A stretch of DNA of 64,000 nucleotides, taken from contig CM097885.1 of assembly GCA_044892525.1 (NCBI GenBank), positions 43,526,001 through 43,590,000 on the forward strand. The letters run 5' to 3'. Source of the stretch: Schmidtea polychroa. Lineage: Eukaryota. Under the pieces are notes generated by a model that saw only the letters and a program-made list of their open reading frames with translations, made no database searches and was not told the DNA's origin. A program made the translations under genes and the position numbers. This document shows positions 23,801 to 36,800 of the stretch, piece by piece; the first letter of the stretch is position 1; each line of letters opens with the position of its first letter.

Positions 23801-26005
23801 ACCTCACTATAGCGTGATAAATCCTTGGCTTTTTTATTGATAGTAGGATTTTTGTATAGAAAAAAATTTTTTGTATTGAAAATCCCAGGACCATCGAGAC
23901 CCCCTCACTATAGTCTGAATAATCCATGCTTTTTTAGTGGTAGTCGGATTTTTGTATTGAAAATTTTTTTTTTGTATTGAAAATCCCAGGACCATCGTTT
24001 TTGTATAGAAAATTTTTTTTGTATTGAAAATCCCAGGACCATCGAGACCCCCTCACTATAGTGTGATAAAAAAAAATTTGGACCAAAAATCCCTGAAAGC
24101 AAAAAAATGAGTTGGGAACAATTGCGTAATAAAAATTTGGGAACAAACCCCCCCCCCCCGGGGGGGGGGGTAATTGTTCCCGTAAGCCACTATCTACCTA
24201 CTCATTTTATCTGATTTCTCAAATTTTCATGAATTGTATATTATGAAGCGTTGAAATGGTTACCATACGAGTCGTTTGGGAAAATAATGCCGGTAAATTA
24301 TTTACTGATATGTGCAATTCATTTTTCAACGTAATTGAATGTTAATAAGCCTATAGCATGTGTCATTGTGATATAGACGCCAAGATTGCATTTTTTGAAT
24401 CAGCCAACAGCCATTGCCAAAGGTTTTGGATATCTCGGATTTTCATCGAGTCTTACATCTATAAAATCTCTAAAAATCAGTTTAAAAACACAAGTGTGCT
24501 TTGCAACCTTTTGGAAGGATTCCAGTTCAACAAGGTGTTCAACATCTCGTCCATGCCATCGTATTTCACACTTCTGATAACTGATAACTATGTATCACTT
24601 GTTGTCAATTCAAATTCTTTCAGATCATGGAATTTCAGAATTAGACTTTTATTCTCAGTTTTAATGGGTTATAAATTATTAAAACCGGTTTTCTATGACT
24701 CCATATGTCCTTTTCCAAACAAAGAACTATAAACCGACACAGATCAACTTTATTCAAATTTTACCACAATTATAATTAATTACTAGATTTGTATCTTTCT
24801 TTTGTAGATATTTCTTATTACAATGTAGGTTTCCCAAGGGGTAATCACCTTTTCTGGTACGAAAATTTATAATTCTCCTTAGCTTTAATTGAATTTTCTG
24901 TTAAATTTTTCTTGAATTTCCGTAAATGCCCTCTGATATTGTTTTCTTCGAACAAGTGGCTGCTTGTCTCTTCAGCTTTTCCTTTTTATATTTTTCTGGA
25001 AAGCTTTTATCCAATATTGTTTAAATATTATTTTAATTCATTTGCTGATTATAAGTATTTACCCTATATTGGGTAACCATTATTTTACATCTTTTGGGGA
25101 TTATCGGCATTTGTCTAACACATTGGGTAAACGTTATTTTCAATCTTCTGTGGGATTATTGGAGTTCTATCAATTTAACTTACCCACTCTAAACCGGCGC
25201 TAGGTCAAGTTCATGTAAACTTCCTTTGATGATTATCTAATTAGTCAGGTCTCAGTACTCTCCAGGATTTACTCATCATTCGAGTTTCCCGTTAACTCGG
25301 TCTCTTTATTAGCTCGGGCTTTCAATTAGCGATTAATTAATTTTTAATTAGTTTGTTATTTATTAATTTTTCACACTGTTCGGGACTTACATTAGCTAAT
25401 TAATTTTTAATTAATTCTAGTTGTTTGTCATTATATCCTTTTGGGGTCCCCACATTAATTTTATCATATTTGAACTCGTCTTATTGTTTGGCATACCAGT
25501 TCTCCCAGAAAATATTCATTTTAAATTTTTTTGATTTTTAATTAATATTTTTGTATTTTTAATAATTTGATGTATTTTTATTGATTTTCACTTTGTTTTT
25601 GTGCCCATTTCATCGAGCCCCAACAAGATTAAGATTTCACTTAATAGATATATGGACTGTTTTTAATTTTTAATTCTTCATTTGCATCTCGTTGCTGCTT
25701 TTCTTTGTTAATGCATTGGTATGCGGAAACGTGAAGTTTTTAAAATGCTTGATAGTCAGCCATAGGTTGTTGTAGCAACTATAATATTGAAAAGGAATCT
25801 GGGAATTAAATGTTCTTGCAAATGACAAGTTAAATAATAACATAAAATTTTAAATGCGTATTTTAATGAGTGTATATTGTAACTGAACGTGGTGCTGGAG
25901 ATGTCCTAAGCGTTATCAATATATTTCCATTATTATATTATCATTATTATTATTAACGTTATTGTTATTATCTATATTCTTATAATTATTGTCGTCTATA
26001 TAGAT

Positions 26006-26462
<457 letters not shown>

Positions 26463-26751
26463 AAAATTTGCACCACGCTACAATCATCAACAAATGTTTA
26501 TTTATTTAAATATAATTGAACCATTGACTGTTGTAGATGTACGATTTCCGTTATTGAAATCTATTTGAATTAAAAATATAAACAAGGGGAAGTTGTGCAA
26601 TCAGAAATGAAGAATCCAATGTACCTAACACTTTCTATTTCTTCTATGAACAACACTGAAATCAATATACGCGACAATAGTGGTAAATTAATAAAATTTA
26701 GTAAAGACACAAAAACACATTTATCATTACATTTTAGGAAAGTAAATGAAT
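26463..26751 (+). pseudogene. C-terminal part of a Polinton minor capsid (penton)-like gene, copy 1
   Basis: Translates as MFIYLNIIEPLTVVDVRFPLLKSI*...KNPMYLTLSISSMNNTEINIRDNSGKLIKFSKDTKTHLSLHFRK, matching the penton-type tail IYxDIIExxxVGDxxxPLL...PxYxP...IEIxIRDxxG...LHFR. Confidence 0.65.
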
Positions 26752-27398
26752 AGAAAAGATCGTTATGTGAATTTGCCTTTGAATAGTTGTCCTATTATGC
26801 ATCCAAATAAAAAAGCTAGTAAATTTAATATCGAATTTCAGAATCCTATTTACTTGGATGGAAAATGGGAAGTGGCTTTCATGGACTTTATAATAATTCA
26901 AATGTTAAATACAATAAAAGTGTATTACATACAAGTTATGAATACTTTTACTTTAACCAAGCAAAATATGAATAAAAAATAAGTAAAATTCAAAAGAAAT
27001 GTCAAAATTGTATTGGAAGATGATGTCAGTAAAGTTCAATTTAGTACATTTTTGGCTAAGAGTTTAGAATTATCGGAAGAAGCATATACAAATAAAATTA
27101 TTATTAGGTTAAAAGAACCTAAAATAATGCAACGCAATCATCAAATGATAATCTATACGAATATCATTGAAGCAATTCTTGCCGGTGATAATTTGGTCCT
27201 CTATTAAAATGTACATAAGCAGAAAAACATTGAAAAGACAATCTAGTTCAAATAATTGAAAAGAATCCAAAATATTTACCGGTATCATCTTCTTATATAA
27301 AAAAATATAGAAATCAATATACGTGACGATAGTGGAAAATACGTATTTGGAAAAGAAGATAAAACATAACATTACATTTTCGTAAAATAAATGAGTAA
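26746..27398 (+). pseudogene. Polinton minor capsid (penton)-like gene, copy 2, frameshifted
   Basis: N-terminus YVNLPLNSCPIMHPNKKASKFNIEFQNPIYLDGKWEVAF (cf. FYxTLPSNSxxxxFPxNxxSxFxxxLPxPIxLxGxWEVGL); middle MIIYTNIIEAILAGDNLV; end PKYLPVSSSYIK-NIEINIRDDSGKYVF...TLHFRK. Confidence 0.7.
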
Positions 27399-27558
27399 TC
27401 TAGACATTGTAAATTTCTATAGTAGTAACCAGTTTGTGGGAGATTTACCATATTTAGTAAGTTGGTTGAAGACAATAGGTAGATTTGCTCTACCAATTCT
27501 TAGACGCATTGGGAATTTTGGTATGAAAAAAATTTACTTAATTGAAAAATTTACTTAA
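27391..27558 (+). CDS. Small ORF (55 aa) resembling Polinton virion core / membrane-active proteins; probably a remnant
   Basis: MSNLDIVNFYSSNQFVGDLPYLVSWLKTIGRFALPILRRIGNFGMKK... has a basic amphipathic helix, and its ATG overlaps the end of the penton-like frame. Confidence 0.45.
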   Translation: MSNLDIVNFYSSNQFVGDLPYLVSWLKTIGRFALPILRRIGNFGMKKIYLIEKFT

Positions 27559-27755
27559 TTTAAAATTATTAACAAAATTTCACGTCGTCTTCGATTCATC
27601 AGAATATTTGACCAAAAACTCTTGTACAAAATTAAAAATTTATATTACTAATTTTAAAAATATTTACATTAATTGAAAATAATTACCAAAATTTCATGTT
27701 GCCATTGGAGCATTTGTTTTTTTAGGGAGGGCAATATTTTGTATAGAAAATGTTT

Positions 27756-28582
27756 CGTGGTCGGATTATTGCCCACACGAAAAATGCCCACACGAAAATT
27801 GCCCACAGATAGTTTTGCGCACACGATTAATGCCCACACAGAATAATGCCCACAAGGAAAAATGCCCACATAGAAAAATGCCCACAAGGAAAAATGCCCA
27901 CACGAAAAATTATTTTAAATATAAAAATTAAATTAAAATAAATAGAGAAAAAATCAAAAATTATATTCTATCTAGGAGATAATCTATTAGTGATTTAAAA
28001 TAAAATATGGAAGAACACTGATGTATTGTATTGTATAGTAGCAAAGCGATCTTAATTATTTTAAATATAAAAATGATTTTAAATTGTAAAATTTGTAAAT
28101 TTATTGTTGATACATTTTAATATACATGGCCAGTACCCTTGTGACATGTTGAGTATGAGCAATACCCGTGCGACCAATACCTATAGAGGGACAAAATATC
28201 TTGTCGGATAAATTTTTCGATTATTTTAAACACATTTTAATAGATGCGCTCAAACAATGTTGGAAAAACCCAAGTCAAAAAAATGATTTTAAATTGTAAA
28301 ATTTGTAAATTTATTGTTGATACATTTTAATATTTTATTTTAAATCACTAATAGATTATCTCCTAGATAGAATATAATTTTTGATTTTTTCTCTATTTAT
28401 TTTAATTTAATTTTTATATTTAAAATAATTTTTCGTGTGGCCATTTTTCCTTGTGGGCATTTTTCTATGTGGGCATTTTTCCTTGTGGGCATTATTCTGT
28501 GTGGGCATTAATCGTGTGCGCAAAACTATCTGTGGGCAATTTTCGTGTGGGCATTTTTCGTGTGGGCACTAATCATCGAATC
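27756..28582. mobile_element. Mutator/MULE-type MITE with long TIRs built from ATGCCCACA repeats
   Basis: Inverted arms ~27770-28008 and ~28331-28572; 9-bp TSD AAAATGTTT (27747-27755, 28583-28591). Confidence 0.8.
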
Positions 28583-29278
28583 AAAATGTTTATATGGTCA
28601 ATAAATGCGAAAATATTTAGTGTAGCTGCCTGGATCAATGACTTTTTGTATAGAAACTTAAAACTTAAAAGGTTAAAAACTTAAAAGGAATTTAAATTCG
28701 AGAGAAAAACCACAGAGGGCTTTAAACATATAGCAATTCTTCCAATAACACTAAAGAAAAATATTTGTAATGAAAGACAAAAATGTAATTTATATTTTTT
28801 GTCAAATATTATTTATTTAATCATCCAAAATTCTTTTTAGAAAAACTATCGATAAAATCAGGATTGATAATACTGTTGAGGTTCTCAAATCTCAACTTGA
28901 TGGTTCCTATACAAAAAAGAACACAAACACTGATTTAGAAACTTTATTTATCAATAACAATTATATACACAATATAAAATCACCTTTTTCAGATAAATTA
29001 TATAATTGCTTTATCCAATTTCCCTTATTATGTTCCTTTTGTTATGTATCCCTACTTGCTATGTCCTGAGCTCTGTTATGTAATTTTGTATGCTCGAAAT
29101 TATATTGCAATATCAATTTCTGAATTTGCAACTCTTCTTAGCTTACAATTTTTGGTGGTTTGACTGAAGTAGATGGATTGGGCACCGCTGGCACAGGGCA
29201 CCGCTAGCACAGTACCCCCCCCTCCCCCCCGTCGGTAAGATTTCCAAAAATATTCTAAGTCTAAAAGTACATTTTTTT

Positions 29279-29895
29279 TCAAGGTCAAATTTAAACAAAG
29301 ACATATGACTCATCAAGGTCATTGAAACAAAGACCATGAGTCATCCTATGACTCATAAAATTTTTCAAGGTCATTTAAACAAAGACCATGACTCATCCGA
29401 TGACTCATCAAGGTCATTTTCAAGGTCATATGACTCATAATATGACTCATCAAGTTCAAAAAAATTTCTCAAGGTCATTTAAACAAAGACCATGACTCAT
29501 CAAGGTCATTTTCAAGGTCATATGACTCATAGTATGACTCATCAAGGTCATTGAAACAAAGACCATGACTCATAGTATGACTCATCAAGGTCATTTTCAA
29601 GGTCATATGAATCATAGTATGACTCATTTGGCCTTGAACAATTTTTTCAAGGTCATATGACTCATAGTATGACTCATCAAGGTCATTTTCAAGGTCATAT
29701 GACTCATCCTATGACTCATCAAGGTCATTCTCAAGGTCATATGACTCATCCGATGACTCATCAAAATTTTCAAGGTCATTTTCAAGGTCATCTGAGTCAT
29801 CCTATGACTCATCAAGGTCATTTTCAAGGTCACATGACTCATCCAAGGTCATTCCCAAGGTCATATGAGTCATCGCGATGACTCATCAAGGTCAT
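29279..29895. repeat. Array of ATGACTCAT and TCAAGGTCAT modules; mirrored and slightly longer at ~45450-46120
   Basis: The two ~10-bp modules alternate throughout the stretch. Confidence 0.92.
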
Positions 29896-30108
29896 ATTAT
29901 TATTTTTAAAAATATTATTATTTTTATTATTATTTTTAAAAATATTATTATTTTATTTTTAATTTTTTCAAAGTTCCCGCCAACGAAAATTAATAATCGA
30001 TAGCTCATTTTAAAGCTCAATCCAAGACCTTTCGAATGAGCCATATATCTTATTATTATTATTATTTTTATTATTATTATTATTATTATTATAATTATTA
30101 TTATTATG

Positions 30109-30274
<166 letters not shown>

Positions 30275-30431
30275 GTATTATTAGTATTATTAGTATTAAT
30301 CTATATACACCGAGTCTATCCGACAAAATATTTTGTCCCCCTATGGGTAATGCTCACAAGGGTACTGCTCACGCTCAATAACTCGCATTCGATTATTTTA
30401 TTTTTTCAAATTGATATTATTATTTTTTTTT

Positions 30432-31020
30432 CCAAGGTCATATTATTATTTTTCAAAATATTATTATTTTCAAGGTCATATTATTATTTTTCAAAATATT
30501 ATTATTTTCAAGGTCATATTATTATTTTTCAAAATATTATTATTTTCAAGGTCATATTATTATTTTCAAGGTCATATTATTATTTTTCAAAATATTATTA
30601 TTTTCAAGGTCATATTATTATTTTTCAAAATATTATTATTTTCAAGGTCATATTATTATTTTTCAAAATATTATTATTTTCAAGGTCATATTATTATTTT
30701 TCAAAATATTATTATTTTCAAGGTCATATTATTATTTTTCAAAATATTATTATTTTCAAGGTCATATTATTATTTTTTCAAAATATTATTATTTTCAAGG
30801 TCATATTATTATTTTTCAAAATATTATTATTTTCAAGGTCATATTATTATTTTTCAAAATATTATTATTTTCAAGGTCATATTATTATTTTTCAAAATAT
30901 TATTATTTTCAAGGTCATTTTATTATTTTTCAAAATATTATTATTTTCAAGGTCATATTATTATTTTTCAAAATATTATTAATTTCAAGGTCATATTATT
31001 ATTTTCAAGGTCATATTATT
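30432..31020. repeat. 38-bp tandem satellite CAAGGTCATATTATTATTTTTCAAAATATTATTATTTT; mirrored at ~44195-44860
   Basis: About 17 near-perfect units counted by eye; the right arm is about one unit longer. Confidence 0.95.
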
Positions 31021-31760
31021 TTTGTTTTAATTATCGATTATTTAATAATTTAATTTTGTTTTAATCGTTGATTATACAATAATATTTTTAATTTTTCTTT
31101 TAATTGTCAATTATGTAATAATTAAATTTTGTTTAAATCGTTGATTATATGATAATATTTTTATTTTTGTTTTAATTATCGATTACTTAATAATTTAATT
31201 TTGTTTAAATCGTTGATTATATAATAATATGTTTATTTTTGTTTTAATTATCGATTACTTAATAATTTAATATTGTTTAAATCGTTAATTATATAATAAT
31301 ATTTTTTTTGTTTTAATTATTAATTATGTAATAATTTTATTTTTTTAAATTGTTGATTAAATGATAATATTTTGTTTTTGTTTTAATTATCGATTACTTA
31401 ATAATTTAATATTGTTTAAATGGTTAATTATATAATAATATTTTTTTGTTTTAATTATCAATTACGTAATAATTTAATTTTGTTTAAATTGTTGATTTTA
31501 TGATAATATTTTTATTTTTGTTTTAATTATCGATTACTTAATAATTTAATATTGTTTAAATGGTTAAATATATAATAATATTTTTTTTTGTTTTAATTAT
31601 CAATTACGTAATAATTTAATTTTGTTTAAATTGTTGATTTTATGATAATATTTTTATTTTTGTTTAAATTATCGATTATGTAATAATTTAATTTTATTTA
31701 AATCGTTGATTATATTATTTTTTTTGGTTTAATTATCGATTACGTAATAATTTAATTTAT
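31020..31760. repeat. ~60-bp AT-rich tandem array (TTTTAATTATCGATTACTTAATAATTTAAT...); mirrored at ~43460-44195
   Basis: Periodicity visible line by line. Confidence 0.85.
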
Positions 31761-31799
31761 CATTATTATTGGGAAAGAACGCCCGCGCGGAAGATTACA

Positions 31800-31877
<78 letters not shown>

Positions 31878-31888
31878 GTTATTATTAA

Positions 31889-31919
<31 letters not shown>

Positions 31920-32160
31920 ATTATTATTATTATTATTATTATGATTATTATTGCAAATCTTCATAAAACTTAATTTCTACGTCAATTTCATGATTTTCAA
32001 CATTTTCATCATTTGCATATTTTAATAATTTTTAATATTTTCATAATTTTTTCCATTTTCAGTATTTTCATTATTATTTCAGGAACATTTTAATTAGTTA
32101 CATGAACATTTTCATCAAATATTTTTCAAAGTAATATTTCCGTTCAGTTTTTCAAAGTTC

Positions 32161-32269
<109 letters not shown>

Positions 32270-33572
32270 GATTATTATTGCAAATATTCATGAAACTTAA
32301 TTTCTACGTCAATTTCATAATTTTCACGATTTTCAACATTTTCACGATTTTCAACATTTTCATGATTATTATTTTTTCATTATTATTTTCAAAGAATTAT
32401 TTTCAAAGAATTATTATTATTATTTTTTATTATTATTATTATTTTTATTATTATTTGCAAAGTTCTAATTATTATATTAATTTAGAAGTTTCATTATTAT
32501 TATTTACTTAAATATTCATAAAACTTATTTTCTACGTCAATTACATGATTTTCAATATTTTCATCATTTGCATGAATTTTAACAATTTTCTACATTTTCA
32601 ATATTTTCACGATTTTCAACATTTTCATGATTATTTCAGGAACTATTCATCGAATATTTTTCAAAGTATTATTTTCAAAGAATTATTTTCAAATTATTTT
32701 CAAAGTTTTTATCAATATTATTATTATTATTATTATTTGCAAAGTTCTTATTATTTTATTTTCGATGTTTTATTATTATTTACTTAAATATTCATAAAAC
32801 TTATTTTCTGCATCAATTTACGATTTTCAATATTTGATGATTATTTTAGGGAACATTTTCATAATGTTTAACGTTTTCATCCTTTTCAATATTTTCATCA
32901 TTTTCAACATTTTCATCATTTCCTTGAATATTTTAATAATTTTCAACATTTTCATAATTTTCACGATTTTCAATATTTTCATCATTATTTTCTTCAAAAT
33001 TCTTAGTTTATTTATAAAATATTATTATTATCATTTTCAAAATTATTTTCTTATTATTTATTTCAAAGTATATTATTATTTTTATTATTATTATTATATA
33101 TACTCCTAGTCTATCCGACAAAATATTTTGTCCCCCTATGGGTACTGCTCACACTCAACAGGTTGCAAGGGTACTAGTCATGCTTATTATTATTATACAT
33201 TTGATGGTTACATTTTGAAAGCTCTATTTTGATTGGTTATCACAATTTTTATAAATGTAAAAAAAAAACAAAAGTAATTTAGTTATTAATAATGATTTAT
33301 ACAAATAAAACCGTTGAATGTGTAACACATTTGGTAACTTTATTATTTTGTCAATATTTTTTTTATATGTCATTTATAGCAAGGAAGAAATAAGGAAAAA
33401 TTAAGTCCGACCGATTCCGAAATTTCAATGAAATTTTTTAACAACACAGTTGAAGATTTTATAAATAATCATGATACTTACAGTGATAAGCAAATCATAA
33501 ATATTTTAAAGATTTTCAAACATTCCTCTATTGAATATTTGATTTTATTTATTTAATTATGATAAATGCGTT

Positions 33573-33887
33573 TTGAAGTTATCTAGTTATTTAATGTATT
33601 TAGAAAAAAAAATAGTGGTAAACAACGATTCACTGAATGAATACTTTTGGAGTTGTATGTATTTAATGTTGAAACAGGGATATAGTAGATTGATTTATGA
33701 ATGGATAGCAAAAGCCGATTTGATTGAAAATAAGCTAACGGAAAAACTGAACGATGTTAAGAAAAGGTATTTAACTTGTTTAATTTGTAAAGAAAATCAA
33801 GTTTCGGTTTTGTATTTACCGTGTGGTCACTTAATTGTTTGTTCTAAGTGTCACGAGAAGAATGTTCGCAATTGTTTAACTGATTAA
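33573..33887 (+). pseudogene. RING-HC (IAP/MDM2-like C-terminal RING) protein remnant in the left arm of element B
   Basis: CLICKENQVSVLYLPCGHLIVCSKCHEKNVRNCLTD* matches CxxC-x8-9-(F/Y)LPCGHLxxCxxC-x6-7-CPxC, but the last Cys is lost and there are upstream stops. No ATG at the listed start. Confidence 0.75.
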
Positions 33888-36800
33888 TGAATATCATACT
33901 ATATACATGTAAGTTCTCAATACAAATAAATACAATATCAAAGTCAAATGAATTATTAACATACATAATGACGGTACTATAATGTAGGAAATTTTCAAAA
34001 CATTGAATAATATGAAATCAGCTTGGTAATTAATTATATTAGGCGCAACTACCAAATGTTGATGATATGATGAAGGGAATGGTATTTATAATATTATTTT
34101 AAGATTATTCAAAATGAAATATAACCATGAGTTCATCAAAATGGAAAAAGATCTTCGCAAGAACCATGAAGATGCTGGATGTATTGGTTATTATTTTTTC
34201 GGAAATAAATGTTTTAATTTGTTTTTATAAATTTATTGTTTTATTGTAATACTTTTTGATTAAAATATATTCATTTTGTTTTAATATTTGTATTAATTTT
34301 TTTATATAGTGGTTATTATATATATGGAAATTTACAATTATATATACAATTATATTTACAATTATTATAAATCATAATGATGCTTTTCTTCTGTCCATTG
34401 ATTTTCCTCTGATATTACTGCCATAATCATCTTCGACAAAATGTAAAGATAATATTTCTAGTGTCTTTGTTAATCATGCCCATTTATTGCAAAGTCTTTG
34501 TTAATTATGCATTTGTATTGCAAATTTATTAGTCATACAATTATATTATTTTCTCATGCCCTGACATAATATTATTATTTTTAATTTTATTATTTTGTTT
34601 AACAATACCATATAGCAAATTTTTAGGCAATTTGATAAATAATACATGGTTATTTTAAATATATAGCAATTTCTTAAGTAAAATATTTCCAGATAAATTT
34701 AAAAATTTAGTTAGAAATCCATGGTTTTTGGCTGTACCATTTAATTAAAATATTCTTGGATTCATAACATTTCTTTTATATAGTTGATAGTAATATCAAT
34801 TATCTCAATTATTTAACTAGAAACATAACTGAATTCTTAGTTAATATAGTATTTTTGTGTATTTCTTAGTTAATTTATAAATATTATCTGACATTTTGAT
34901 GTATCAATGCAATATACAACAAATTACTCAATAAAACCATAGCATATTGTAAGTTTTTATATAAAGTCTGAATTTATCCGACAAAAATATTTTGTCCCCC
35001 TATGTGTATTTGTCGTAAGGGTACTGCTTACATTCAACATGTCGCAAGGGTATATTAATTAAAGCACCTGTATATTAGTTAAAAATTCTTAGGTAATTTA
35101 GTGAGAAATGGATGATCATAGATATCAGAAATTCGTGAATAATTTGAATATTTTGAATGTAACTTACCGAATTCTCATTTCGAGCGTCTAATTTATTGGT
35201 TAACGTTGTCATGTTTAGTCATTTAAAATAATATTTAGCAAAAGGTAAGATATGAATATTTAGTATTTCATAGGTAATTTATTCATCTAATGTTCATTAC
35301 AATATTTAATATAACTTCGTGAGAAATGCATGGTTATTAATATATTCATTGATAATTTTGGTAGAAAATCTTTATCATTTGGAGTAAATTTCTATCTTTG
35401 TTTGAGGCAAAAGGAGTCATAATAGAAACATGATCATTTGTTATCAATTTACCAATTAAGGTGCTTATTAGTTAGAAATATAGGGTTACAATTCTTTTCT
35501 AATTTAATGAGATGATCATTGGGTGTAATATATCTTATACATAGTTAACATTTTTAAATAGGGATTTTGAGTAACTTTTACCAAAACAGGGATATTTTGT
35601 GCGATCAATTTATGAATATTGGTTAATTTTCTCTTTTTTAGTCATTTAAAATAATATTTAGCAAAGGTAATTTAGCAAAATATCATTGAAAGATTTATCC
35701 ATCCGATAACAATATTCCTTCCCTTTACCCTTAATATTCAACCGATTTAATTTCTAGAAATCTAATTAAAATCATAAAATATTTTCAATAAAGATCAATT
35801 TTCTTTAGCTGTTGTCGATTTCCAACTTTTAAGTCAATATTTCTCAAGTTTTGTCACAGATATCCCACAATGAATAAAATAACTTCTTAAATAAAATAAT
35901 TTAAAGCAATAACCTTTGATATCAATCCCAATTAATTCTAAAGATTTCAAATATTTCATTGTCAAAACCAAGTAAATTGATCATTAACCCTAAACGACTT
36001 AATAAAACAGTGGATAATTAATAAAAACTGGTTCTAAAACCTAATATTACTGTGCCATAACATTCATCACAACCTAATAAAACGATATAATTTCACAGGA
36101 ACGATTATTAATTCATAGCTAAATACTGACTATGTCCCTTTGATATTTTACCAATAAGAACATTGTCGATTTAAATAGAGATTTCAAACATTTCCGCCTT
36201 AACCGATCCCTCACTAAATATTTCTACCCCATTAAATACCCCCTTTAAATACCATCTTAACTGAACCTTCACTAAATCCAACCGACTTTAATATATCAAT
36301 TCTCTTGAAATCCATAGAAAATTCTTCAAAATATGAATTTTATTTAATTGTTACAGACATTCTTCCATTGAAATAATTTAGTATCTAAATTCATGTAGTA
36401 AGAGCCCACTAAAAGATCACTAAAATCAATATTTTCTACAAATATTTCACCACATTTACCATCAAATACCTAACTAGAAATGAAATATATTGATCATAAT
36501 TCTTCATCGATTCAGCCAATTATAGCAATTATATCTTTCAAAATCACAAATTTCAGTATATTTTACAACAATTTTCAAGTAGATTTCAAATATATCATCA
36601 TGATAAAATTAGCTGGTTTCAACTTTAGATTTTCAATATTTAAAAGTTCATCAATATTCGTAGAAAATATATGAAAGAATTATTTTGTCAATATCATTAC
36701 AAAGTCATCATAAAAATTAAATAATAATCACTTGATTATTGTAAAAACTCTAATTATTAACCTAACTGTCATTAAAAATAATTTTTATTTAAAATTAAAT

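Larger units (their letters stand above)
11272..24202. mobile_element. Giant foldback (palindromic) non-autonomous element A with Polinton/Maverick-type ends
   Basis: Termini AGTAGGTAGATAGTGG...CCACTATCTACCTACT; 6-bp TSD CATTTT (11266-11271, 24203-24208). Left arm 11272-18441 is the reverse complement of right arm 19507-24202, except that ~14131-16536 is absent from the right arm. Spacer 18442-19506. Confidence 0.9.

Noticed and set aside
29624..29881. His/Met-rich repeat ORFs (MTHPMTHQGH...)
   Set aside because: By-product of the ATGACTCAT/CAAGGTCAT DNA array; open on both strands and variable between arms.
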